From positions 96,001-160,000 of the IMG/VR virus record IMGVR_UViG_3300011678_000001: a DNA stretch of 64,000 bases. One strand, given 5' to 3'. A program made the position numbers and the translations under genes. Within the stretch, counting starts at the first letter, position 1, and each line of letters starts with the position of its first letter. The notes under the pieces are model-generated. The model saw only the letters and a program-made list of their open reading frames with translations, ran no database searches and had not been told where the DNA came from. Below, one piece after another: positions 1 to 8,285 of this stretch. Source of the stretch: a virus. Lineage: Duplodnaviria; Caudoviricetes.

Positions 1-81
1 AGGGACATAGTCCCCCATGAACACTTCATCGTCCAGACAGATTCGGAGCATGTTACGGATTGCGATTACGTTGAGTTCCAT
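1..81 (-). CDS. hypothetical protein, partial (runs off the window)
   Basis: Read by hand: GGAG RBS, then ATG at 81, open frame MELNVIAIRNMLRICLDDEVFMGDYVP to the window edge. Confidence 0.6.
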   Translation of the reverse strand, partial: MELNVIAIRNMLRICLDDEVFMGDYVP

Positions 82-106
82 GATTGATCTCCAGAAGACC
101 AGGTTA

Positions 107-262
107 TTAACGACGTGCGTAACGGAACTCAGGCACGTCCGCAAGTAATTGGCTAAGTTTTTCTCTAAGAACCCGTTTCTTTTCCAGGTGCTTATAACCT
201 GCCACGCTAGCCGCAACACAAACAGCCACACACACCAAAGTAACGCCAGTACGTACAGTCAT
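107..262 (-). CDS. small membrane protein (51 aa), not in the ORF track
   Basis: Translated by hand: MTVRTGVTLVCVAVCVAASVAGYKHLEKKR...; GGAG RBS; lies just downstream of the early-type promoter at 296-332. Confidence 0.65.
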   Translation of the reverse strand: MTVRTGVTLVCVAVCVAASVAGYKHLEKKRVLREKLSQLLADVPEFRYARR

Positions 263-295
263 GATAAGCTCCTAAAGCTTAGAGGGTAGGATGAT

Positions 296-332
296 TCACT
301 GCTATCATGTACTGTCGTAATAAATTGGAATC
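296..332 (-). promoter_or_regulatory. early-type phage promoter, copy 1 (GATTCCAATTT...TACATGATAGCAGTGA)
   Basis: 33 of 37 bp identical to 4325-4361; both copies sit directly after a terminator and before an RBS. Confidence 0.65.
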
Positions 333-336
333 AAGT

Positions 337-365
337 CGGCATAAACGGAGGGCCGAAGCCCTCCG
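337..365 (-). terminator. intrinsic terminator with UUCG loop and TTTATGCCG tail
   Basis: CGGAGGGC-TTCG-GCCCTCCG followed by TTTATGCCG, downstream of the o-spanin. Confidence 0.8.
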
Positions 366-370
366 CTATG

Positions 371-625
371 TTAGTTGATGGTCCTGGCCTTGTTACGGGC
401 GTTGATCGCACGGATGTTGTTGTTGCACCGGGTGACCGACTTGACCTGATGGATGTAGGCATTGGACATGACGACCAAGCGTTCATCAGGATTGGCGTTG
501 AGGTACTCTTCAGTCTTAGGCGGCTTAGCCACCGTGCATTCAGGGACTTCCTGATACGACCGTGCACTGCAACCACCCAATGCCACCAACATAATCAACA
601 GCATGACGATGAACCCCAATGGCAT
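371..625 (-). CDS. o-spanin (outer-membrane lipoprotein)
   Basis: Hydrophobic signal peptide ending in lipobox LGGC; Pro/Cys-containing periplasmic part; directly follows an i-spanin-like gene. Confidence 0.7.
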   Translation of the reverse strand: MPLGFIVMLLIMLVALGGCSARSYQEVPECTVAKPPKTEEYLNANPDERLVVMSNAYIHQVKSVTRCNNNIRAINARNKARTIN

Positions 626-645
626 GGGCCAACGGGGCTTACCGG

Positions 646-1164
646 TCAACGGAAAGGTACACATACTTCATCCTCATTGTTGGTGGCCGTGCAATAGGCA
701 CGCCAACTGTTGTTGATCACCTGAGCGGCAATCTCATCATTGACTGGACGTAGGGTGCTCTTGGCAGGGTCGAACACTTCAGCCTTGGTCGGATCACTGG
801 TCGGACACTGGCTGTAGCGATCACGGTATTTGACCACCTCAACGATTTGCGGTGCGGCGTCAGGAATGACGGGAGCGGGGGCATCGTAACGAGCCGAACA
901 CAGTAGGTTGACTTGCGATTGCTCGATGTCGTCAAAATTAAGCTTGATCTTCTTCTTGACACTGGTGTAGTCGTCAATGGAATCTTTAAGCTTGTTGACC
1001 TCAGCGTTCAGGTCGCCGATGGTGTCAGCTTGGGTCTTGGTCAGGGCATGGGTGTCTAGGGACCAATTGATCCAGAAACCCAAAGCGACCAGCAGCACAG
1101 CGCCACCGATCAGTTTTAAGATCAGACCATTGAGGCCTGTCAGTGCGACTAATTTGCTAAACAT
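646..1164 (-). CDS. i-spanin (inner-membrane Rz-like protein)
   Basis: N-terminal TM helix, coiled-coil segment, C-terminal Cys residues; upstream of a lipoprotein gene. Confidence 0.65.
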   Translation of the reverse strand: MFSKLVALTGLNGLILKLIGGAVLLVALGFWINWSLDTHALTKTQADTIGDLNAEVNKLKDSIDDYTSVKKKIKLNFDDIEQSQVNLLCSARYDAPAPVIPDAAPQIVEVVKYRDRYSQCPTSDPTKAEVFDPAKSTLRPVNDEIAAQVINNSWRAYCTATNNEDEVCVPFR

Positions 1165-1246
1165 CAGAAAGGCCTCATAGGGACGTGACTCATATTAGTA
1201 GTGAGTCGGTATAAGGAGCCGCCCAACCGGACGGCTCCCTTGAGGC

Positions 1247-1612
1247 TTACAGCTGCGCGATGAACGCGGCGAGGATGGCAGCGGACAGGGCTGTGATGGT
1301 CACTTTGCGGCGCTTGGCTTCTTCGGCCAACTTAGCGCGGTGCTCGGGACTCAACTTGCCGCCGACCAGGCTCGCGAAGAACACGGACAGATCGACCTGT
1401 TCTTTCTGAGGCTTCTTTGCAGCTGCGCGCTTAGCTACAGGCTTCGCAGTTGCCTTTACAGGCGCCTTGGGCGTGGCTTTGGCCGCAGGCTTAGCCTTGG
1501 GTGCAGCAACAGGCTTCTTGGCTGCTACAGGCGTTACAGGGGCTTTGACGGGCTTCTTAGCCGCAGGCTTCTTCACTACCTTGTCTTCAGACGCTTTCTT
1601 GGCAGATGCCAT
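1247..1612 (-). CDS. histone H1/AlgP-like Lys-Ala-Pro-rich DNA-binding protein with possible C-terminal ribbon-helix-helix
   Basis: Repeated KKPAAK/KAPVK units; C-terminus LSPEHRAKLAEEAKRRKVTITALSAAIL resembles RHH helices. Confidence 0.6.
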   Translation of the reverse strand: MASAKKASEDKVVKKPAAKKPVKAPVTPVAAKKPVAAPKAKPAAKATPKAPVKATAKPVAKRAAAKKPQKEQVDLSVFFASLVGGKLSPEHRAKLAEEAKRRKVTITALSAAILAAFIAQL

Positions 1613-1678
1613 GGTGCATTCCTTGTTCAGTGTGTGGGCAGATGGGTCATCATCGTTGGATTTCCCATATGATGGCCA

Positions 1679-2233
1679 CTAGCTATCACTTTTCAAGGAG
1701 AAGATGTTTACCAGGCGATTTCCATCGGCAAACACCAAGGGCTTGCTGTCTGGGTCACACTTACGACCAATAAGGTCAAAGAGACTGTTGCTCACTTCGA
1801 GCCGTAAGACTGGATGTGCCTCAAGCTTACTGACCACCCCATCGCCGACCAAGAAGAACATCCGCTTGGCCTTAGGTCCCGAAGGATGATGGAAGACGAA
1901 CTTCTCACGGCCGGGTGTTTTGCTGGGTAACGGGTACGCACCCAATAGCACCAGTTCGCTGACCCACCGGTCAATGATCTGAGGGTACCCTTCGGCGTAA
2001 TACATGCACCCCAGTTGCTTCTTATCCAGGATCTCTCGAACGATGTCAGTTACCGATTGCTTGAGCATCATCCGAGCAAAGTCAGGACCAAGACCACCCT
2101 TGAGGTCTAAGAAGACGTAGAAGGTGTCTTGTTGGATCACGGTTTCAAGGATTTGCTTCTTGATCAGTCTTAACAGCTTCTTTTTCCTTGAGCGATGCAT
2201 GCACAGGTCCAAGAGCATCGACAGGTATCGCAT
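1679..2233 (-). CDS. hypothetical protein
   Basis: 184-aa ORF in a co-directional run. Confidence 0.7.
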   Translation of the reverse strand: MRYLSMLLDLCMHRSRKKKLLRLIKKQILETVIQQDTFYVFLDLKGGLGPDFARMMLKQSVTDIVREILDKKQLGCMYYAEGYPQIIDRWVSELVLLGAYPLPSKTPGREKFVFHHPSGPKAKRMFFLVGDGVVSKLEAHPVLRLEVSNSLFDLIGRKCDPDSKPLVFADGNRLVNIFSLKSDS

Positions 2234-2663
2234 AATGGTAAATTCCGTCTTGGAGGCTATCGATCAATTGCGGGAGATGTAACGCCACCAATGTGGACAG
2301 AGCCTTATGGAGTCGGTAGATCGTGGTCATGGTGTTGGCCTTGTGGATCACTGCTTGCAACATGCAGTACTCACCCCTGAAGGGCAGCAACAACCCATTG
2401 ACCGCTTTAAAGCTGGGTTCATCGAAAGCATATCCTTCTGTCCCAACTGCGACCAAGTGCCAGAAGTCGTACTTGTCGTTGTCCTTAAAGACAATCTCCC
2501 AGGTGGAGTCGTAGATACCGAGCTTACCCGAGTACTGCCTGGATTCTGCTTCAGGATTCATGTCGACAAAGTCCTGCCTGATCACTTCGCTATTGTATAG
2601 ATAATCTTCTACCTCGTGAGGTTCAGGACATGACCCTTCACGGAAAACGAGCAGCTTTTTCAT
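2145..2663 (-). CDS. hypothetical protein
   Basis: 172-aa ORF; protein-like composition. Confidence 0.7.
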   Translation of the reverse strand: MKKLLVFREGSCPEPHEVEDYLYNSEVIRQDFVDMNPEAESRQYSGKLGIYDSTWEIVFKDNDKYDFWHLVAVGTEGYAFDEPSFKAVNGLLLPFRGEYCMLQAVIHKANTMTTIYRLHKALSTLVALHLPQLIDSLQDGIYHYAIPVDALGPVHASLKEKEAVKTDQEANP

Positions 2664-2724
2664 CAGTGTAGCCCTTCACAATTCTACACTATCGGCCTAA
2701 GTTTTATTTATTAACGAGGACACC

Positions 2725-3192
2725 ATGCGCCATCTCTATCACGGCTCAGGCTATCAGCAGAACGAACTCAAACCGGGCATTCACTACACCGGTGAGAAGG
2801 TCGAATGGGACAAGACCGAATCCAATGAGTGGTTGTACGCGACCACCTCCATGGAAGAAGCCATTGCTCAAGGGTTTGCCTCCACTGTTGAGAAACACTA
2901 CGCCCTCGCGCGGTTCATGTCCCACGGTCGAGACCTGACCTTGGTGTTCGACAAGCAGGTGCCAACGCTCCAACAACTGACCGACCTTAAGGTGTACCTC
3001 TACAAGATCGATTGGGACATTGCACAGTGGGTCAAGGTCAACAACCTGCACAATGGCATGGAGACTGAATACAAGACCCAAGCCACCCTCAAGGGCGATG
3101 TGATCGACAGTTGTACCCAGGTGGACCTTAAGCAGTGGCTGAGTCGCAAGACGGTCAAACTGCTGAGTAAGAAAGCGGCCCTGAACTGGTGA
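2725..3192 (+). CDS. putative ADP-ribosyltransferase-fold protein (Arr-like)
   Basis: GAGGA RBS; LYHGS...ELKPG and WLYAT...EEA motifs match the H-Y class ART/Arr pattern; late ETEYK may supply the catalytic Glu. Confidence 0.5.
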   Translation: MRHLYHGSGYQQNELKPGIHYTGEKVEWDKTESNEWLYATTSMEEAIAQGFASTVEKHYALARFMSHGRDLTLVFDKQVPTLQQLTDLKVYLYKIDWDIAQWVKVNNLHNGMETEYKTQATLKGDVIDSCTQVDLKQWLSRKTVKLLSKKAALNW

Positions 3193-3248
3193 TTTAGAAT
3201 GAAGCCTGTCTATGGTGTGGTTCTATTCCATCCCCCTAGGATCTCACC

Positions 3249-3605
3249 ATGGACATTCAGATCAACGCAGGCGCTCTCATCGATGAAAACTGGCTTAAGG
3301 ACGAATACACTAAGTTGTTCTTGGGATTAGACCACAGCGGTAACTACATCCATCCGCAGAAGGCCATCACGTTAGAGTGCTGGCGGTGTCTCCCAGACTG
3401 CGTACGTGAAACAGGTCCAGCCTTCAAAGAAACCCCTGAGGCCTTGGTGCTGGCTGTCTTGCGTAAAGGGGGTCAGTTCTACTCGCTATATACCAATGTC
3501 CAAGCCAAGACCAACGGTGAGGTCTTAGCCTGGTTGACGACGATACATCGCTACCCTGAAGGCGACCTGAACCAAGTCACGATTGAGCAGCTTGAAACCG
3601 CCTGA
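3249..3605 (+). CDS. hypothetical protein
   Basis: AGGA RBS; follows the ART-like gene; ends at a hairpin. Confidence 0.7.
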   Translation: MDIQINAGALIDENWLKDEYTKLFLGLDHSGNYIHPQKAITLECWRCLPDCVRETGPAFKETPEALVLAVLRKGGQFYSLYTNVQAKTNGEVLAWLTTIHRYPEGDLNQVTIEQLETA

Positions 3606-3607
3606 CA

Positions 3608-3648
3608 AAGAAAAAAGAAAGAGGGGCGTTGGCCCCTCGATCTATTTT
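3608..3648. terminator. bidirectional terminator between convergent genes
   Basis: GAGGGGC-GTTG-GCCCCTC with an A-rich tract on the left. Confidence 0.65.
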
Positions 3649-3656
3649 GACTCACC

Positions 3657-4274
3657 TCAACGACCGTTGAGGAAGTCTTTGGCTTGCTTGGCAGTGAGGT
3701 TCTGAATCCCCTTGCCACCGAACCGTGAAGCACTGCTGCTGATGCCCATGAACTCACCTTGAGCACTATCACTTTCAAGGCTCTCGTACGAGGCCACAAA
3801 GGAGATATGGCCTTTGGTCACATGCAGTACACCGGACTGCCCGTCCAACATGGCACGGTGATAACCCCTTGCCAGATGTTGAGGGCGCGTGTTGAAGTCG
3901 TCCCAGCTCAGTTCGATCACGTCGGGACGACGGATGTTACTGACGAAGTTGCTCCAAAATAGCGGGGTAGCAATGACCTTCTCAGGCTTGGGTTCAGCCA
4001 CCCGCATGCGCGATACAGAAACCATGCCGATAGCCGGATCATGCTTGACTATATCTTCAGGGACTTTAGCAACCGGTGCTTGTTCTTCAGCAACAGGCTC
4101 AGGTGTGGGCGTCGGTTCAACGACCGGTTCGGTGGGTTCGGGTTGCTTGTACTGAGTGGCCACTGGTGTGGTCATGGTCAGTTGGACTTTACGGCCGGCT
4201 ACCAACTTGGCACCCAGACCACCGAGTGCAGCAGCACCCACGACACCCGCAGCGATGATAGCAGATTTAGACAT
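3657..4274 (-). CDS. membrane-anchored protein with Pro/Glu linker
   Basis: GGAG RBS before MSKSA; N-terminal hydrophobic helix; PEPTEPVVEPTPTPEP linker; under promoter copy 2. Confidence 0.75.
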   Translation of the reverse strand: MSKSAIIAAGVVGAAALGGLGAKLVAGRKVQLTMTTPVATQYKQPEPTEPVVEPTPTPEPVAEEQAPVAKVPEDIVKHDPAIGMVSVSRMRVAEPKPEKVIATPLFWSNFVSNIRRPDVIELSWDDFNTRPQHLARGYHRAMLDGQSGVLHVTKGHISFVASYESLESDSAQGEFMGISSSASRFGGKGIQNLTAKQAKDFLNGR

Positions 4275-4324
4275 GATGTTCTCCTTAAGAACAGGGTAGT
4301 CAGAGGGAAGAAGGTTCTTCCTTA

Positions 4325-4361
4325 TCACTGCTATCATGTATTGCCATAAAAAATTGGAATC
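4325..4361 (-). promoter_or_regulatory. early-type phage promoter, copy 2
   Basis: Near-identical to 296-332. Confidence 0.65.
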
Positions 4362-4387
4362 GGCATAAAGGAGGGCGCAGGCCCTCC
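4361..4387 (-). terminator. terminator with TTTATGCCG tail
   Basis: GGAGGGC/GCCCTCC hairpin plus conserved tail. Confidence 0.7.
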
Positions 4388-4397
4388 CCTATGTTTG

Positions 4398-4691
4398 TCA
4401 CGACTTGGCGACACACATCTGATAAAACTCAGTGTGGACCTCAAGGATTTCATGAAGTGTGGTCACCGTCTGGATGCGGTCAATGAACACCCCGCACGAA
4501 GCCATCACATGGATGAGCAGTTCACGGGCGGCTTCAAACTCATCGCCTTTCAATAGACTGGCGGGACAATCTCGATACATCTCCAAGAAGACCCGTAGGT
4601 GACTAGCGGTGATGCGTGCTGCTACCCAACGCTCACGGTTATCGAGAAACCCAGGTGATGTACGGTTGGCAGGGGAAATGGAAACATGCAT
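4398..4691 (-). CDS. hypothetical protein
   Basis: 97-aa ORF between the upstream gene and a terminator. Confidence 0.65.
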   Translation of the reverse strand: MHVSISPANRTSPGFLDNRERWVAARITASHLRVFLEMYRDCPASLLKGDEFEAARELLIHVMASCGVFIDRIQTVTTLHEILEVHTEFYQMCVAKS

Positions 4692-4704
4692 GCTGAATCA
4701 ATCC

Positions 4705-5352
4705 TTAAGCGGTGGTGGCACTGTCCATGGACATGTCAGGTGGTGGGACCAGGTAGAAGCTCCATGTCACTGCCTCAAGTGCTGCTCGGTCATTGGCGGT
4801 ATACGCTGCCACGAGGCGCTTCTCTGCAGCATGGCGTTCTGCTGTGAATAATGCCATCGCCGGCGAGAACTGAGAGTCGTTGTGCAGTACCCGGTTGGTC
4901 AGGTCCAGAAGATCACTCTCCAGTCCTTTAGCAATGCGGCTCATGGCCAGGTCATACAGGAACGGTGCTAGTTCACGAGGAAAATCAGCCACAACGCGCG
5001 ACTGGTCTTCTGCTAACCACGATTTAACCATACGTGCATCGACCACCTGAACGGGCCAGGTGATGGTCTCAGCCAAGGGATAGCCTGACTTGATGTAGTC
5101 GACAGCAAAGTCATAATCTTCGTTGAGCTTCTGGACTCGAAGGTCGAAGACAGTCTTAAGTGGAACAATGACCGGTTCGGCAATCGGCGGCTCAATGGTG
5201 ATGGGATTACCTGACTCATCACTCGTCAAGATACGTCCTGCTTGAAGCTCGCTCAGGATACGCTGATAATCTTCCTCTGGGACAGCGACGACGTCAGCCC
5301 AGATGGTCCCGTCGTTGATAAAGGCATTCCGGCTAGGGGAATAGTACATCAT
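4705..5352 (-). CDS. tail fibre assembly (Tfa-like) protein
   Basis: N-terminal YYSPSRNAF...DVVAVPEEDY...G..LTSDESGNP pattern typical of fibre-assembly proteins; late-type ATCCTATG upstream at 5390-5397. Confidence 0.55.
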   Translation of the reverse strand: MMYYSPSRNAFINDGTIWADVVAVPEEDYQRILSELQAGRILTSDESGNPITIEPPIAEPVIVPLKTVFDLRVQKLNEDYDFAVDYIKSGYPLAETITWPVQVVDARMVKSWLAEDQSRVVADFPRELAPFLYDLAMSRIAKGLESDLLDLTNRVLHNDSQFSPAMALFTAERHAAEKRLVAAYTANDRAALEAVTWSFYLVPPPDMSMDSATTA

Positions 5353-5419
5353 GATAAAGGGCCTATTAAACAGTGAAGCGAAAAAGTCTCATAGGATGAC
5401 GCTCTGTTTACGGCCAAAC

Positions 5420-6293
5420 AAAAAAAATAAAGGAAGAAAGTCTTGGGGAAGCTTGGATGTCCACAATTGCCGGAACGCTCAGGTTCCACTCAGGGGCGAC
5501 CTGAGCTGTGTACAAGTGCCATCTTCCCCGTAACCTTTGTTGCCATGCGCCTACGGTTTGGTAGGACTTAGATGACCTGTGGTCATCAGATAACCGAACT
5601 CAATCGGTGCGAGAGATTAGGTGGTAACCCAATGTTGTTACCCGACCTATGAAATGCTGACGGAGCCCACAGCCACCGTGCAATTCGACAGATCGAGCCG
5701 CTTTAAGTACCTGCCCGCTTACCTGTTCGCTTGGAGCTTCACCGCGATCAATTCCAATGTACAGCGATTCTCCGTTGTGACGTGGTAACGTCACCTTTGA
5801 CAGCACAATGGCCGGGATGTCGAGAAAGGCTGGATTGTTTGATGCACTAAAGTGTTGCTCGCTGGAGAACCAACCGGCTTGTGTCTTGCCGTGATGCCCC
5901 ATCAAGAGTCCGAGTAAGAAGACCAATACCAAAGCTGGTCCGCGTGTGACGATAATGTTCTCCGTTTCATGATAGGTTTAGAGGGCAGGTTAGACGCGCC
6001 CTGTTGCCGTCTCAGTTAAGTTCATAGTCACGTTCGGTCGCCACCGTACCATGCGCCTTATGCATGAGGCGGGACCGACTCCCGATTAAGTTCGTGCGAC
6101 GCTTACTGTGCCTGACCTCACGGTGCCGTGCAGGACGAAGGCGATAGAAGGGAGTCCAGTGGACCACCAACACCTTCTTTCTAATCCAGCACGACTGATG
6201 CCATGAGGTCGAGCGCAGGGCTTCGCTAAGCCAGCAAAAGTGCATGCAATTCCTTAGCCAATGTCACAGTGCTACTACATAGATATAGCACTG
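5420..6293 (-). ncRNA. candidate large structured non-coding RNA (about 870 nt)
   Basis: No convincing ORF; at least 11 local and long-range helices; T-tract on the minus strand at about 5417-5431; strand inferred from context. Confidence 0.55.
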
Positions 6294-6307
6294 ATCGTAA
6301 AAACAAA

Positions 6308-6595
6308 CTACCCTACGGTAGTGGGCGTAATACCTCGCTGTTGAAAGTCTTCGGTGTGTTCCAAGAATACGAGGGTGATGTCCCCCGTCTCGATGTCGAT
6401 CAAGATCCGAGACCCCGGTTGAATGCTGGTGGGACGATTGCCCTCGAACTCGACAGTCATCTCGATGGTCCGCCCCATGGCAAACGACAGATGATTGTCG
6501 GTGCTGATCTCATTGATGATAACCACCAATTCGTTCATGTACCCGGCAATCAGGTTCAACAACGGATGATGGTGTTTGATGTTCTTAATACGCAT
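6308..6595 (-). CDS. hypothetical protein
   Basis: 95-aa ORF overlapping the end of the upstream gene. Confidence 0.65.
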   Translation of the reverse strand: MRIKNIKHHHPLLNLIAGYMNELVVIINEISTDNHLSFAMGRTIEMTVEFEGNRPTSIQPGSRILIDIETGDITLVFLEHTEDFQQRGITPTTVG

Positions 6596-7022
6596 CTGGA
6601 AATCCTGGTAAGCATTGTTGGGCGAGAATGTCGATCAGAATGTCACTCGCTTCAGTCTCGACCTTGGCCGGTATGTTGTCCGACCCCCAGAGGAACACGT
6701 GACCGTGATCTTTGGCATACAGCGGTACCAGGGTCAGGAAACGATTGACTCCGTCGGGGTTGGCATCGTAGTTCTGAAGCAAGGCCAGGTGGAACGAACC
6801 TAGCTTCACATAGATCGTTTCATTACATCCCATCATGCTGGACTCGTACTTGACTATTTCAGGTTTCCCCAATAGCCCCCAGATTGCCAGTAATCGCCGA
6901 ATCGATTCGGCATCCGGAAAAGCCGGATGGTCTTTTGGTGCCGGTTTACTGTTTCGGGCCGCTTCGGTACTGACCTTAACCAACAACTTGCTCAAGATTA
7001 AGCAGACGTTTTGAATGTTCAT
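6585..7022 (-). CDS. hypothetical protein
   Basis: AAGGAG RBS; 145 aa. Confidence 0.7.
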   Translation of the reverse strand: MNIQNVCLILSKLLVKVSTEAARNSKPAPKDHPAFPDAESIRRLLAIWGLLGKPEIVKYESSMMGCNETIYVKLGSFHLALLQNYDANPDGVNRFLTLVPLYAKDHGHVFLWGSDNIPAKVETEASDILIDILAQQCLPGFPDAY

Positions 7023-7038
7023 CTGTTAGCTCCTTTGA

Positions 7039-8199
7039 TTAACCAGTTATCATGGAGTTGCGACCGCGCCCGAGTGGACTATTCTGATAGTAGCTGGGCA
7101 TGCCCATGCCCATTGGACGTTCGATGTTTTTCACCGTCCTAACAAAGTTTGTCGGATAACCGTACTGCAATGTCACCGTCATACTGGTAACCTTACCCTC
7201 TATTCGGATCAGGTGTTTGTCGGTTTTGGACAGGGTTTCGGTATTTAACGCCACAGTAGTGGACAGGTTGGTCACCGACTCGTCTTCCTCCTTCCTCTGT
7301 TCGGTCAGGGACAAATCACCATCCAGAAGTGTCACATGGTAGCCGTAACCTGGATTGTCAATGATGGAGGCGTCGTCGAACTCGAGGTTCTCGATTTGCC
7401 ATTCAGTGACAGGGAACTTTGGCACGTTGAGAATCTCCAAGCGTGCGGCCAGTTCGTTCGCATCGGTCAGCCCGGCTGATTCACGAATCGCACACAACAG
7501 CGAGTCGTAATTGAGGTGCCCACGGCAGGAACGAGCATAGTACTTAAACGCCGCATGAAGCGATTCTGGGATGGACATGGTTTTAAGGATGTCCGCCAAG
7601 GTTTCCTGATCCACGCCGCCTTCGTACGAAATGGCGTAGCGGAAGCGCTGAGGACGACAGAACAGATACTCGGAGAACTCTTCGCTGTCGTTGCCGGTGA
7701 TGGCAAACATGACCCCGGTGAACGAGGTATCGCTGAACAGGGTCAGCATGCGCTGACGATCTTCTTTATCGCTGTAGACCTTACCGAATTCATCGATGTA
7801 GATCATGCAGGGTCCGATAGCCCGGATGATGATACGGATCTCTTCAGCAGACATGGGCGCATCAATCATGACCACAGGCAGGTCCTGTTTGATCATCCAG
7901 TTGCCGATCTCTTCAGCCATCAGGGATTTACCCGAGCCTTTCTGGCCATATAGCAGGACGCCGGTGCTGTTGCCCTCTTTGCTGTAATTGGAGGTGATCT
8001 GGTTGAAGTAGCGCTTATGACGCCCGAAACGCAGTTGTGGCAAGGTGAAGGACGGACGATCCTTGATCAGAATGATCTTGTCGCGCAGGACGGCTTTATA
8101 CACCATCGCAGGCACATGGTCGATGGTGTTTGATTGATCGGTGACCGAGATGGTCAGGACGTTGTCGTAGTTGTTGATGGTGATAGATGATTTAGCCAC
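7039..8199 (-). CDS. AAA+ family ATPase
   Basis: Walker A GQKGSGKS, Walker B IYIDEF, sensor-1 ITGN, arginine-finger region RPQRFRY. Confidence 0.9.
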   Translation of the reverse strand: MAKSSITINNYDNVLTISVTDQSNTIDHVPAMVYKAVLRDKIILIKDRPSFTLPQLRFGRHKRYFNQITSNYSKEGNSTGVLLYGQKGSGKSLMAEEIGNWMIKQDLPVVMIDAPMSAEEIRIIIRAIGPCMIYIDEFGKVYSDKEDRQRMLTLFSDTSFTGVMFAITGNDSEEFSEYLFCRPQRFRYAISYEGGVDQETLADILKTMSIPESLHAAFKYYARSCRGHLNYDSLLCAIRESAGLTDANELAARLEILNVPKFPVTEWQIENLEFDDASIIDNPGYGYHVTLLDGDLSLTEQRKEEDESVTNLSTTVALNTETLSKTDKHLIRIEGKVTSMTVTLQYGYPTNFVRTVKNIERPMGMGMPSYYQNSPLGRGRNSMITG

Positions 8200-8243
8200 G
8201 GTAGGCTCCTTGATGAGTGAGATAGTGATTATAGGGGTTAAGT

Positions 8244-8277
8244 CGGCATAGCGGTGATGGACCGAAGTCCATCACCG
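8244..8277 (-). terminator. terminator (UUCG loop, TATGCCG tail)
   Basis: CGGTGATGGAC-TTCG-GTCCATCACCG, 11-bp stem. Confidence 0.8.
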
Positions 8278-8285
8278 TGTATCAC

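Noticed and set aside
5600-6245. ORFs 5600-5932 and 6012-6245 as protein genes
   Set aside because: The first has a TTG start and no RBS. The second has an AAGGA upstream but an unprotein-like composition. Both lie in a heavily base-paired region. Not fully excluded without ribosome profiling
5420-6293. Group II intron, tmRNA, RNase P or CRISPR array
   Set aside because: No domain V, no tRNA-like ends, no GAGGAAAGUCC, and no regularly spaced repeats seen
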